Assembly: GCA_964602455.1 (NCBI GenBank)
Contig: CAZRRG010000002.1
Location: 1,100-65,099 of the forward strand
Direction of reading: 5' to 3'
Length of the DNA: 64,000 nucleotides
DNA from: an uncultured Eubacteriales bacterium
GTDB lineage: Bacteria > Bacillota > Sulfobacillia > Fermentithermobacillales > Fermentithermobacillaceae
The position numbers and the translations under genes were made by a program. Below are positions 1-9,199 of this stretch, in pieces. Below the pieces are notes generated by a model that was not told where the DNA came from, made no database searches, and saw only the letters and a program-made list of their open reading frames with translations. The stretch's first letter is position 1, and every line of letters starts with the position of its first letter.

Positions 1-631
1 GGTGGAATATGGCGCCCATGTTGTCGAGACTGGTCGCAAGCACGTTGTCAGCGGCGATGAACTGGGGGAAAGCCGTGCGGACCAGGTCGAGAACGTCATC
101 GGTCCTATAAGCCGGTAGAGCCGCAAGCGACACGTGCTTCTTTATCCCGTAGATGTGGGAGACCCCGGGTTCCACAGTCCTGCTGGCGAAGATGAAGGTG
201 TTTGTCTCCGCCACGGTGACGTCGGCACGGCAACCTGCACGTTCCAGGTTGGCACGGAACGCCAGAGCCCCTCCGGTCCTGCCCGGGTTCAGGACGACCA
301 CCTGGCCGTCAACCAGATTCGGCGCAAGCATCTTCGCAACGTCTCTATGCCCCGAGGCCGGCACCGTGACCATGACCACATCGGCGCCACTGCATGCTGC
401 GGCTATATCCCTGGTCACGACCACCGGAACGCCAACGCCCTCGTTCGCTCCGTGAAGGCGTATGCCGCCCCTGGAGTTAATCGCGTCGACCTTTTCCGGC
501 GACCGGTTCCACAGCTTTACCCTAAAGCCGTGGAGAGCCAGGTATCCGGCCATGGCCTGCCCGCCGTTTCCAATACCCAACACAGTAAATGACGGAGCGC
601 CCGCAAAGACCCTTCCATCGTGAATAGTCAT
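1..631 (-). CDS. Opine (octopine/nopaline) dehydrogenase-family NAD(P)-dependent oxidoreductase, N-terminal part (C-terminus lies beyond the window start)
   Basis: My own translation of the minus strand: MTIHDGRVFAGAPSFTVLGIGNGGQAMAGYLA... It has a Rossmann GxGxxG motif, and 'LNPGRTGGALAFR' and 'TSLDNMGAI' resemble Arthrobacter opine dehydrogenase. Its ATG overlaps the upstream gene's stop codon (ATGA). Confidence 0.6.
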   Translation of the reverse strand, partial: MTIHDGRVFAGAPSFTVLGIGNGGQAMAGYLALHGFRVKLWNRSPEKVDAINSRGGIRLHGANEGVGVPVVVTRDIAAACSGADVVMVTVPASGHRDVAKMLAPNLVDGQVVVLNPGRTGGALAFRANLERAGCRADVTVAETNTFIFASRTVEPGVSHIYGIKKHVSLAALPAYRTDDVLDLVRTAFPQFIAADNVLATSLDNMGAIFH

Positions 632-1596
632 GAAGCAGCCCTCCTTTGTAGCGCACCCTCCAGCACTCGCTCCACGAGCGACCGGAACGGCATCCCGCAC
701 TTCTCCGCCATGCGGGGAAGCTCGCTGTAGCCCGGCATCAAGCCGGGAAGAGTGTTAATCTCAAGGACGTAAGCCTTGCCTTCGGGCGATACCCTGATGT
801 CTACCCTTCCAACGTCGGTGCAACCGACGGCCTTGAAGGTCCTAACCGCCAGGTCCTGAATCTCCGTCGCCAGCTCGGCCGGTATATCTGCAGGACACAC
901 CGGCACAACGGCGTCGCGCGACTTGACGTCGTAGGTGTACATGCCGCCCTTCTTGAACACGATCTCCTCGACCGGCAGAGCCTGCGGCTCAGGGTACCCG
1001 ACAATGCCGACGGTGAACTCCCGCCCGCTGATGTACTCCTCCACCAACACCGTGCCGTAGATGTCCGCTATCAGTCTCACCTGCTCGACGGCCGCGTTAG
1101 CATCCGCAACGACGCTCTTTTCCGAGATACCTACACTGGAACCCTCGGCAGCAGGCTTTACGATGACCGGATATGTCAGACCGGATAGGGCATCAGGCTC
1201 CAATGCATCTGGGTCCTCGATGACTCTGAACCTGGGGGTTGGGATCCCGTGTATGCCCATGATGGCCTTGGTCAGGTGTTTGTGGAGGCCCAATACGTGA
1301 CCGCGGGTTCCGGAACCCGTGAAGGGGTAGCCTGCCATCTCGAGCAATGCGGCTACGTTGGCCTGGTCCCTTTTGGAACGGTAGCCGGTAGCGAGGTTAA
1401 AGACTGCGTCAGGATTGGCCTCGCTCAGCCGGTGCAACAGAGACGGCCCTACCTCCACCAATGTAATCTTGTGGCCCAGCTCGCCGAGCGCTTTGCAGAC
1501 AGCGCCGGCAGTCACAGAGGACTGCTCTTCGGCGTGCGGGTCCTGGTCGTAGAAGGGTGAGTTCCTCCGGTTGACCACGACGCAAATGTGCGGCAA
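628..1596 (-). CDS. D-alanine--D-alanine ligase family ATP-grasp protein (divergent paralog)
   Basis: The C-terminal half is Ddl-like (EEYISGREFTVGIVG; VLEINTLPGLMPGYSELPRMA). The N-terminus lacks the canonical GGxSxEHxVS motif. The likely start is a TTG 6 nt after a GGGAGGAA RBS (the ORF could extend to 1656). Confidence 0.7.
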   Translation of the reverse strand: MPHICVVVNRRNSPFYDQDPHAEEQSSVTAGAVCKALGELGHKITLVEVGPSLLHRLSEANPDAVFNLATGYRSKRDQANVAALLEMAGYPFTGSGTRGHVLGLHKHLTKAIMGIHGIPTPRFRVIEDPDALEPDALSGLTYPVIVKPAAEGSSVGISEKSVVADANAAVEQVRLIADIYGTVLVEEYISGREFTVGIVGYPEPQALPVEEIVFKKGGMYTYDVKSRDAVVPVCPADIPAELATEIQDLAVRTFKAVGCTDVGRVDIRVSPEGKAYVLEINTLPGLMPGYSELPRMAEKCGMPFRSLVERVLEGALQRRAAS

Positions 1597-1898
1597 AGGG
1601 CATTCCTCCCAGAAATGTTGTTCCAGCAGGCGCAACAAGGTAAGCCGCGGCCTCAAGAAGGCAATATCTTGAAAGACCGCGTGCGGTGTGTGACCGGGAA
1701 GAGGCTCTTACGGGGCGAAAACGCCACGGGACGAGGCCGCCTTCCCTTTCGACGCTTACGAGGTTAGCTGACGGGCTCGGGCTGAAAAGGATTAGCCCTA
1801 CGCGAGGCGCGATTAGCCCCTAAGAAGTGGGTCCCCCGTTCCCCCTGTGGCAGGGAGATTCAGCGATAAGGCGCGTACAACGCTGCTGGTCAAATTCC

Positions 1899-1928
1899 AT
1901 TATACTTCCAGCTTGCATTTACTGTCAA
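1899..1928 (-). promoter_or_regulatory. Near-consensus sigA promoter (TTGACA-18-TATAAT) upstream of a ~290-nt leader of the ddl-like/opine-DH operon
   Basis: Read on the minus strand: cTTGACAgtaaatgcaagctggaagTATAATgg. Confidence 0.5.
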
Positions 1929-2031
1929 GCTAGAAAAGCCCTGGACAAGCCCACAGCGGTTTCCAGTTTGAACCAGATGGGCCCCTATTGCGTCTGCCAG
2001 GACGCGTAAACACGCCTTGACTGCGCTTAGG

Positions 2032-3426
2032 TTACTTCCTCCTGAGCATCCTGGAGTGGGCTAGCACGGCCCAAGGATGGTCCTTGCACTTCCTCTCATC
2101 GAAGTAGAAGCGCAGCACTTGCTGCTGGCCCTGGGCTTGGAAGAACACGGTCCGCTCGTCGCTGGCCTTAGCCGGGAACTCCATCCCTTCCAGCGTGACC
2201 ACGAGAGAGCCGTCTTTCAACGCGAGGGTGATGTTCCCGCCCTCGTCGCTCCTGTAGTTGCCCTCGAACCTGGACAGCGCCGCGGTATCATGCACGCGCT
2301 CAGTTTCGACGCTCTTCATGGTGTCGAGAGGCAAGCCAAGCGCCGCGTTGACTGCGGCGAGCCAAATGGCGGCGGCAGGGACAGAGGTAACGTTGGTGAG
2401 GGCGGCGACTGTTATGCCCTTCTCGGGCACGAAGCCGAAGTTGGAGGAGACTCCGGGCTGTCCTCCGCTGTGCTCCACCAGTGTTGCTCCGGTGTTGGCG
2501 TAGTTCTTTGTTGTGACAAGCGCGAGGTTGTAGTCGCTTACCCTGGTTGTGCGGTACATGGGCGTCGTCCACATTCGCCTTTGGCCGTCATCGGAGACGA
2601 TGCGGACACCGTTGGCCGCGACTCCCCCGCCGAGGTAGATCTGTCCGTACTTCATGAGGTCCAGCACGCACGAGCGTACTCCGCCCCCTACTTCGTAGGT
2701 CCCCAGGGCCGGCCAGGGCTGCTCCTCGTGTTTTCGCGTCTTGGGGTTATAGATGTACGGCGTCGACAAGTCCCCGATCTTGGGCAGTTCCTCGAGGTTG
2801 TAGGTCGACCTGTGCATGCCTGCGGCGTCGAGAATGTGCTGGGTCATGTAACGCCTGTACAGCTGCCCGGTCTTGCTCTCAATGATGTGCCCGTTTAGAA
2901 GGAACGTGTCGTTGCAGTAGCTGAAGTACTCCCCGGGTTCGCCCAGGAGCTCGTACTCCGCTCCGGCCAGGTACTCAATGTGGCTCTGGAAATCCGTAAT
3001 CTCCTCGCGTCTCCTCATCGGAGGAAGTCCCGTGGTGTGGGAGAGGATGTGGCGCATCTTGACTTCCCACATGTCCTTCGCGCCGGCAAGCCTGAAACCG
3101 GGGATATGATCGACCACCGGGTCATCTACGGAGATCAGTCCCCTGTCGGCCAGCTGGGCTATGGCCATGGAGGTAAAGGACTTGCTGACTGACGCGCAGC
3201 CGAAGATGGTGTTTGGGGTAACAGGCTCTTTGGTCTCAAGGTTCTTGACGCCGAACCCCTTTGCGTAGAGGACGTCCTTTGGCCCGGCAACCGCTACCGC
3301 GGCCCCGACGATGTAGTTTTCCTCCATAACGCGAAGCACGTATTCTTCAAATGCGGTCCAGTCCGTTGCCACGACAATCCCCTCCGTTTTCATTGCGAAC
3401 CAAATTGCTGACCCAGCCGCCAACAC
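2032..3426 (-). CDS. Beta-lactamase-family serine hydrolase (class C / D-aminopeptidase-like)
   Basis: SxxK motif (ASVSKSF) ~60 aa from the N-terminus. Length ~450 aa. Confidence 0.75.
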   Translation of the reverse strand: MLAAGSAIWFAMKTEGIVVATDWTAFEEYVLRVMEENYIVGAAVAVAGPKDVLYAKGFGVKNLETKEPVTPNTIFGCASVSKSFTSMAIAQLADRGLISVDDPVVDHIPGFRLAGAKDMWEVKMRHILSHTTGLPPMRRREEITDFQSHIEYLAGAEYELLGEPGEYFSYCNDTFLLNGHIIESKTGQLYRRYMTQHILDAAGMHRSTYNLEELPKIGDLSTPYIYNPKTRKHEEQPWPALGTYEVGGGVRSCVLDLMKYGQIYLGGGVAANGVRIVSDDGQRRMWTTPMYRTTRVSDYNLALVTTKNYANTGATLVEHSGGQPGVSSNFGFVPEKGITVAALTNVTSVPAAAIWLAAVNAALGLPLDTMKSVETERVHDTAALSRFEGNYRSDEGGNITLALKDGSLVVTLEGMEFPAKASDERTVFFQAQGQQQVLRFYFDERKCKDHPWAVLAHSRMLRRK

Positions 3427-3447
3427 GCGCCGGCCGCTCCAGCCTGA

Positions 3448-5121
3448 TTATACTCCCACTGCCGCTCCCTCGCGCCTGGGGTCGGCTCCTCCTCGTAACT
3501 CCCCTGACTCGGGGTCCCGCAGAATCCCGTGGGCGCCGCCAAAGTAGTAGTCCACCGGCCCTCTAACTACGAGCGTGTGTCCCATCCTGCGCAACTGGTC
3601 CTGAACAGCTGCGTCGAAGCGCCCCTCAATGTGCAGCTCGGCGCCGTCGGTGTGGATCCGCGGGGCGTCGATGGCCTCCTGGATACCCATACCGTGGTCG
3701 ATAATGTTTGAGAGCACCTGGACAACCGCGGTGATGATCCTCTTGCTCCCGGGTGAGCCCACCGTCAGGAATGGGCGACCGTCCCTCAAGACGACCGTGG
3801 GGGACATGCTCGAAAGCGGTTTCTTGCCGGGCGCGACGCTGTTGGGGTGGCCGGGCACAGGGTCCAGGTCCTGCATCTGGTTGTTCAGTATGAACCCGTA
3901 TCCGGCCAAGACGGATGCGCACCCGAAGAAGCTCTCAACAGTCTGGGTCAGGGCGACGGTGTTCCCCGCGCTATCCATGACCGAGAGATGGGTAGTACTG
4001 TCACCCTCGTAGGCAGCCGGCCGGCCTGCTCCTTGCTTCGACGCGCGGGCAGGATCAATCGATGTCGCCCTGTCCGTGGCGTAAGCTTTGCTGAGAAGTC
4101 CCGCCAGGGGAATGTCCACGAACGCAGGGTCGCCCATGAACGCGTCGCGGTCCGCGAAGGCCATCTTGAACGCTTCGGCCAGGAGATGCAGGTTAGCCGC
4201 GGAACCGTGCCCCATGCCGCGGACGTCAAAGGCTTCAAGCATGTTGAGGATCTCGATGACGTGCGTGCCTCCGGAACTAGGAGGCGGGGACGATATGATC
4301 TCGTAGCCCCTGTACGTCCCCCTGACGGGCTTCCTAAGTGATGGCTTGTAGGCCGAAAGATCGTCGAAGCCGATGAGCCCACCGTGGACTTGCATGTCCC
4401 GGACCAGGGCGCGGGCGACCTCGCCTTCATAGAACACCCCGGTGCCCTTCTCACCGATAAGCCGCAAGGTCCTGGCGTAGTCAGGGTTGACCAGCGTGTC
4501 GCCCACGTCGTAAGGCTCGCCGTCTTTCAGGTAGATCCTCGCGGTCTTGGGGAACATGCGGAGCCGGTCCAGGTTCCGCACCATGGCATCCCTGAGGAAT
4601 GGACCGACTGTGATGCCGCTCTCTGCCAGCCGGGCGGCGGGTTCGATGACGTCGGACAATGACATAGTCCCGTACATCTCCAGCGCCTTGGCCAATCCCG
4701 CGACCGAGCCGGGGACGGCCACCGCCTTGTGCCCGGTCTCATTTGCCCGTCCCACGACCCGGCCGTCCACAACCTGGTACATGTCGGGGGTAGCCCGGAG
4801 AGGGGCCACCTCTCTGTAATCGATGAACACAGTCTCACCGGCGCCGGCGGGCGGCGTGACCATCCTCACCAGCATGAAGCCGCCGCCGCCGATTCCCGAG
4901 GTAAAGGGTTCAGCAACTCCAATTGCAAACGCTGCGGCAACTGCCGCGTCGACAGCGTTGCCGCCGCGCTTCAGCATTTCCACGCCCGCTTGCGAGGCGA
5001 GCGGGTGAGCGCTAGACACCATTCCTTGCTTTGAGACTACCTCTACCTGGCCTGCCACCGGAATCTCCCCCGCCGGACCGCCGATATCTTCCGCTAGATT
5101 TCCTATGCCTGCCCCATCCAC
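3448..5121 (-). CDS. ggt: Gamma-glutamyltranspeptidase
   Basis: Ntn-hydrolase motifs: TTHLSVMDSAGNTVALTQTVESFFG and GGTHVIEILNMLE. Confidence 0.85.
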   Translation of the reverse strand: MDGAGIGNLAEDIGGPAGEIPVAGQVEVVSKQGMVSSAHPLASQAGVEMLKRGGNAVDAAVAAAFAIGVAEPFTSGIGGGGFMLVRMVTPPAGAGETVFIDYREVAPLRATPDMYQVVDGRVVGRANETGHKAVAVPGSVAGLAKALEMYGTMSLSDVIEPAARLAESGITVGPFLRDAMVRNLDRLRMFPKTARIYLKDGEPYDVGDTLVNPDYARTLRLIGEKGTGVFYEGEVARALVRDMQVHGGLIGFDDLSAYKPSLRKPVRGTYRGYEIISSPPPSSGGTHVIEILNMLEAFDVRGMGHGSAANLHLLAEAFKMAFADRDAFMGDPAFVDIPLAGLLSKAYATDRATSIDPARASKQGAGRPAAYEGDSTTHLSVMDSAGNTVALTQTVESFFGCASVLAGYGFILNNQMQDLDPVPGHPNSVAPGKKPLSSMSPTVVLRDGRPFLTVGSPGSKRIITAVVQVLSNIIDHGMGIQEAIDAPRIHTDGAELHIEGRFDAAVQDQLRRMGHTLVVRGPVDYYFGGAHGILRDPESGELRGGADPRREGAAVGV

Positions 5122-5125
5122 CCGC

Positions 5126-7696
5126 CTACATAAGGCAGTTGAACAGGAACTTGAACGTGCCGTGGGCTTGCGCCCTGAACTGCGTCCTGAAGCCGATGAG
5201 GACTACCTCGCCCTTACCGCACTTGGCGGCCACCATGCACGGCTTGCCAGCCAGCTTCTCGCTGCCGATAAGCCACCCGCTCTGCAGGAGGTCCGTCTGC
5301 GGGTACTCGGCGACAATCCTGTAGTCATCAGCCCTATCCATCTCGGTGATCTCGAATGTCGGGCTCCCCATGTTCAGCACCAGGGCGTTCTCCGGCATCC
5401 CGTATGCGAGAGGATCGCTGTTGTTCACCTTCACGTGCAGCGTGGAGCCGTTGCAGTAGAAGTCCCTCCAACTGGAGTTGGCGACGACGTTGCGCACCTT
5501 GAGGCCGCAGGTGTCGATTGCCCAATCGGAGGACGTGTCCATGGCCACAAGCCTGCCGCCCGCCTTCACGAACTCTGCGACCGCGTTCTGTCCTTCCTTG
5601 CCCAGCCCGCTCCTGTACTCCGGCGGCAGGTTTGGGAGCGGCCAAGCCCTGGCGTTGGGATTGGTCTCGGGAACGTTGTCGGGACCCATGAGCAACCTGG
5701 TCCGGTCTCCCGGTATGATGAGCACGTCAAGTTTCTCGGCGAGGTTGCCGCTCTTAATGTCGGCGTCCATCACAGTCACGTACGGCACCTCAAACTTGTC
5801 GAAAACGTAACGGGTCCAGCCCTCGTCCATGTTCCCGCCCCAGTACCGCTGGTACATGCCGATGCGCAGGGGCTTAAGCTCATGCTTGGCGACCTCCGGT
5901 AGTCCGCTCACGGGCATGAACGGCACGCCGGTCTCGCTCGCGAGGCCCGCGATGACTTCCTTGTACTTGGGAGCGTTCTCAACGTAGAAGGCGCCTGCTA
6001 CTGGAGCGCAATCGCACGAGGATCCGTTCTCGCACACCTTCATCGGACCATCCAGCCGCCAGAACTTGGCGCCGTTCTTCTGCAGGCGGTTCACTGCGAG
6101 ATAGGTATCATTGAGCCTCGGGTCCAGGAGGTATCCTGCCGCCTCCTTGACCTCCACCCTAGGTCTGGAGACCTCCTTAACCACCTCGTACTCGCACTCA
6201 AACCTGTAATCGATGGCGGCCACGTTGACACCCATGAACTCGCCGATCGTGTCGGTCGCGGTATCGTACATAATGGGGGAACCGTCAGGATTCCTGGTCC
6301 AGTAACTGTCGGGATAGAAGGTCCTCCCCAGCAGGAACCTGAGAACGCCCATCTTTGGCTGGTCCATCGTGAGGAAGTAGGTCCCGGCCGGGAAGACCTT
6401 GCCGCAGGCGCGGAACTCCTCCTTTGCTATCTTCACTTCGGCGCCTTGAGCCAGCATCAGTTCGACCAGCTTCAGGGCTGTGAGCGGGTCGTTGTTCTTC
6501 TCCGGAGTGATGGCGAAGGCGTAAGGCTTGCCCTCCCTACCCCTTTCGGTCTGGCGGGACGCCTTCAGATACGCGTTCCACAGAACCTTCTCCTTGTACT
6601 TTGCGCAGATGTCCAAGAGGGCCCAAGCGGCGATCTTCTGCTGTTCCACGATATCCCTGAGACGCCACCACCCGCCCGGCCAGGGATGCGGGAAGTTGGT
6701 CTGGGCTTCATACTTGGGCATGGTCTTCTGGCTCGCGCCGCGGAGCTGGTGCGGGTGGACGTACATCGGCGTGGCGAGTTTGGCGCTAGCCGACTCTGTC
6801 AGCATGCCCGCGATGTTGTGGTGGGTCGTGATCCAGTGGAACCCGAAGTGGCCCCATCCGGGGTACTGGGCGCCGTTGAGGATGCCGGTCTTGCCTTTTT
6901 CCTCAAGGGTGTACGCCATATGGGCGCCGAACCAGGAATCTTCGCGCCAGACCAGGGGATCGGCGTGGGGACGGATGGCGTCGGAGTACGGCGCAAGGAA
7001 CAGGCGAGCCCCGTAGGGCCCCATATGGTGATGGTCCTGGTAGGCCTGAGGATGCCAGTCGGTGTACAGCAGCTTGGCCATGTAACGCGACTCGGGAAGA
7101 TTCAGAGCGAACGCGTCGCGGTTGTTGTCGTGTCCGGCATACTTCTGGTAGAGGAAAGGCGTGCTGCAGCCTTCCCACTCGGTTCCCAGATACTTGTTGT
7201 ACCAGTCGGTGACCATGATCTGGCCGTCGGGGTTGAAGCAGGGGACCATCAAGAAGATGACGTTGTCCAATATCCTCTTGTTGTCCTCACAGTCGCAAGC
7301 CAGCAGATCGTAAGCCAGCTCCGGAGCCATCTGGGTGCCGCCGATCTCGGTCGCGTGCAGACTCATGCTCTGGCAGACGACCGCCTTTCCCTCCTTAACG
7401 AGGGCCTTGACCTCATCTTCGGTGAGCCCCCGCGGGTCCGCGATCTTGCCGTTAATCTCCCGGTGACGCTCCAGGTTCGCGAGGTTCTCGGGAGACGAGA
7501 TGATGGTCAGTAGGAAGGGATTGCCCTCCGTAGAGGGTCCCATGTCTGTGACCTTAATCGCATCGGACTCGGACTCAAGCTTGTGGAAGTACTCGACGAT
7601 CTTGTCCCAGCGGGCCATCTTCCTATCGGAACCCAACCTAAACCCAAAGAACTCTTCCGGAGAGGTGATCGTGGGTCGCGGAGTCTTTGCGGCCAT
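5126..7696 (-). CDS. M14-family zinc carboxypeptidase, large (856 aa), predicted cytoplasmic
   Basis: HATEIGG (HxxE) and NPDG motifs. ATG start with an AAAGGAG RBS. Confidence 0.7.
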   Translation of the reverse strand: MAAKTPRPTITSPEEFFGFRLGSDRKMARWDKIVEYFHKLESESDAIKVTDMGPSTEGNPFLLTIISSPENLANLERHREINGKIADPRGLTEDEVKALVKEGKAVVCQSMSLHATEIGGTQMAPELAYDLLACDCEDNKRILDNVIFLMVPCFNPDGQIMVTDWYNKYLGTEWEGCSTPFLYQKYAGHDNNRDAFALNLPESRYMAKLLYTDWHPQAYQDHHHMGPYGARLFLAPYSDAIRPHADPLVWREDSWFGAHMAYTLEEKGKTGILNGAQYPGWGHFGFHWITTHHNIAGMLTESASAKLATPMYVHPHQLRGASQKTMPKYEAQTNFPHPWPGGWWRLRDIVEQQKIAAWALLDICAKYKEKVLWNAYLKASRQTERGREGKPYAFAITPEKNNDPLTALKLVELMLAQGAEVKIAKEEFRACGKVFPAGTYFLTMDQPKMGVLRFLLGRTFYPDSYWTRNPDGSPIMYDTATDTIGEFMGVNVAAIDYRFECEYEVVKEVSRPRVEVKEAAGYLLDPRLNDTYLAVNRLQKNGAKFWRLDGPMKVCENGSSCDCAPVAGAFYVENAPKYKEVIAGLASETGVPFMPVSGLPEVAKHELKPLRIGMYQRYWGGNMDEGWTRYVFDKFEVPYVTVMDADIKSGNLAEKLDVLIIPGDRTRLLMGPDNVPETNPNARAWPLPNLPPEYRSGLGKEGQNAVAEFVKAGGRLVAMDTSSDWAIDTCGLKVRNVVANSSWRDFYCNGSTLHVKVNNSDPLAYGMPENALVLNMGSPTFEITEMDRADDYRIVAEYPQTDLLQSGWLIGSEKLAGKPCMVAAKCGKGEVVLIGFRTQFRAQAHGTFKFLFNCLM

Positions 7697-7759
7697 CGTG
7701 AGGTCACTCCTTTCTGACAGTTAGGTCTTCGCCAAGGAGCGGCCTTTTCCTACCGGTCA

Positions 7760-8458
7760 CTAAGCAATGAGGAGCCTGCGGATCTTCTCCAGGGCAAGTG
7801 CGATCGCGACAATAGAGACCAGCATCAGAACGGTTTTGCCGGCTGTCCCGATGAGTCCGGCCTGGTAGCCCAGAGGGCCCAAGTTCAAGAGCGCGTGCAG
7901 AGCCACGGCATAGCCATATCCGCCCAGCGTTGACGTTGTACCGCCAAGCCGTGAGGCCGCGACCGACGTCATCACGCCGTGAGCAAAGGCAACCACCAGG
8001 CGTTCTGAGATGTACCCGGAGAAGTAGATAAGAGGCAGCGCCTCGCTTGCCTGATCGCGGGATATGGCCCAGGCCAGGTACCACGCCTCGCCCAAACCGA
8101 ATCCAAACCCCGAAGCCATGCCGAATCGATACGCTAGAACTGGGTGTAGAAGCGCGAGGCGAGACTCGGCCAGACCCAGAGGTAGGAGCTTCGCCGCCTC
8201 CTCTGTGAGTGGGGAGATCAGAAGCACGAGGATCAGGAACCGCCACGGCGGCGAACCGGAGCCGGAGGGCCAGGTCAGGCGCTCCGCCGCCAGGGTCACG
8301 GGGGCCTTTACGAACGAGTTGGTCAGGTAACTCAGTGGTAGTCCGATGATGAACGCGGCTAGGACTTGGCGGTCAAGCCTCCACGTTCTCCAGGTGAGCG
8401 CTGATGCCAGGCCGAGGACGATGGTCACGACCAGCGCCGCCCCGGCTATCCCGCTCAC
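7760..8458 (-). CDS. prsW: PrsW-family intramembrane protease
   Basis: Polytopic membrane protein with EEAAK, FAHGVM and HALLN motifs. Confidence 0.6.
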   Translation of the reverse strand: MSGIAGAALVVTIVLGLASALTWRTWRLDRQVLAAFIIGLPLSYLTNSFVKAPVTLAAERLTWPSGSGSPPWRFLILVLLISPLTEEAAKLLPLGLAESRLALLHPVLAYRFGMASGFGFGLGEAWYLAWAISRDQASEALPLIYFSGYISERLVVAFAHGVMTSVAASRLGGTTSTLGGYGYAVALHALLNLGPLGYQAGLIGTAGKTVLMLVSIVAIALALEKIRRLLIA

Positions 8459-8461
8459 ACG

Positions 8462-9049
8462 CTACCTCTCCTTCATGTATCCCCTAAGTTGGGCGAGGAA
8501 AGCGGCCTCGTCTGCTGGCGTCACGCCGTACTTCTTCGTGGCCGTCTCTATCAGTATGATCCCGCGGAGCGACCGGGTTGCGCACATGATGACGTCGCCG
8601 GTACCCGCATAGGGGATCTTGCCCAAGGCGAAGCCCGGGAACCGGGTACTGGAGTGGATCGTCATGCGGAGATCGGTCTTGCCAACGCTCACGATCTCCG
8701 GCACGGCCACGTTGTACTTCACGGAACCGCAGAACAGCGAGAGCCTATCGGGCGAGAGTTCGTAGCGGACTGTCGTTGACCAGCCTGCAAGCAGCATGGC
8801 GCACACGCCGAGGATGACCAGCGCGGCAGCAGGTATTACCGCCGCAGCTCCGATCCCGCTTCCGCTCCCTACTACGGCCATCAGCGCAAGGCCCGCCAAC
8901 ACGAACATGAGGATCGCAGCAAGGCTTAGCCAAAGCCATCCCAGCGAGCGGGCGGCGGGGTACTTCGTTGATTCCGTTTCCATGCTCTCACCCCCAGACC
9001 GAGTGCTGCCAAGGTTCCAACGAATCTCCATCGATAGACCATTTGCCAC
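8462..9049 (-). CDS. Bacterial PH-domain (bPH_2/YdbT-like) membrane protein
   Basis: Two N-terminal TM helices followed by a PH-like domain. The true start may be the internal METEST. Confidence 0.45.
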   Translation of the reverse strand: MANGLSMEIRWNLGSTRSGGESMETESTKYPAARSLGWLWLSLAAILMFVLAGLALMAVVGSGSGIGAAAVIPAAALVILGVCAMLLAGWSTTVRYELSPDRLSLFCGSVKYNVAVPEIVSVGKTDLRMTIHSSTRFPGFALGKIPYAGTGDVIMCATRSLRGIILIETATKKYGVTPADEAAFLAQLRGYMKER

Positions 9050-9199
9050 GCACTACAGCGTAACATTACTGCTCCAGCTACCGCGCCTCCTTCCACGAGC
9101 CTCCTCCCCATTGACCTTGCATGCAGGGAGTAATAAGATCTATCCCGATGGTTTGGTACCCTAAATATCTAGGATTCCCGCCGGGATGAGGACGACGAT

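Noticed and set aside
1597-1890. Known riboswitch class in the long ddl-like leader
   Set aside because: I could not recognise a T-box, glycine, SAM, TPP, ZTP or ydaO consensus by eye. It is retained only as an unclassified structured leader within the related finding.
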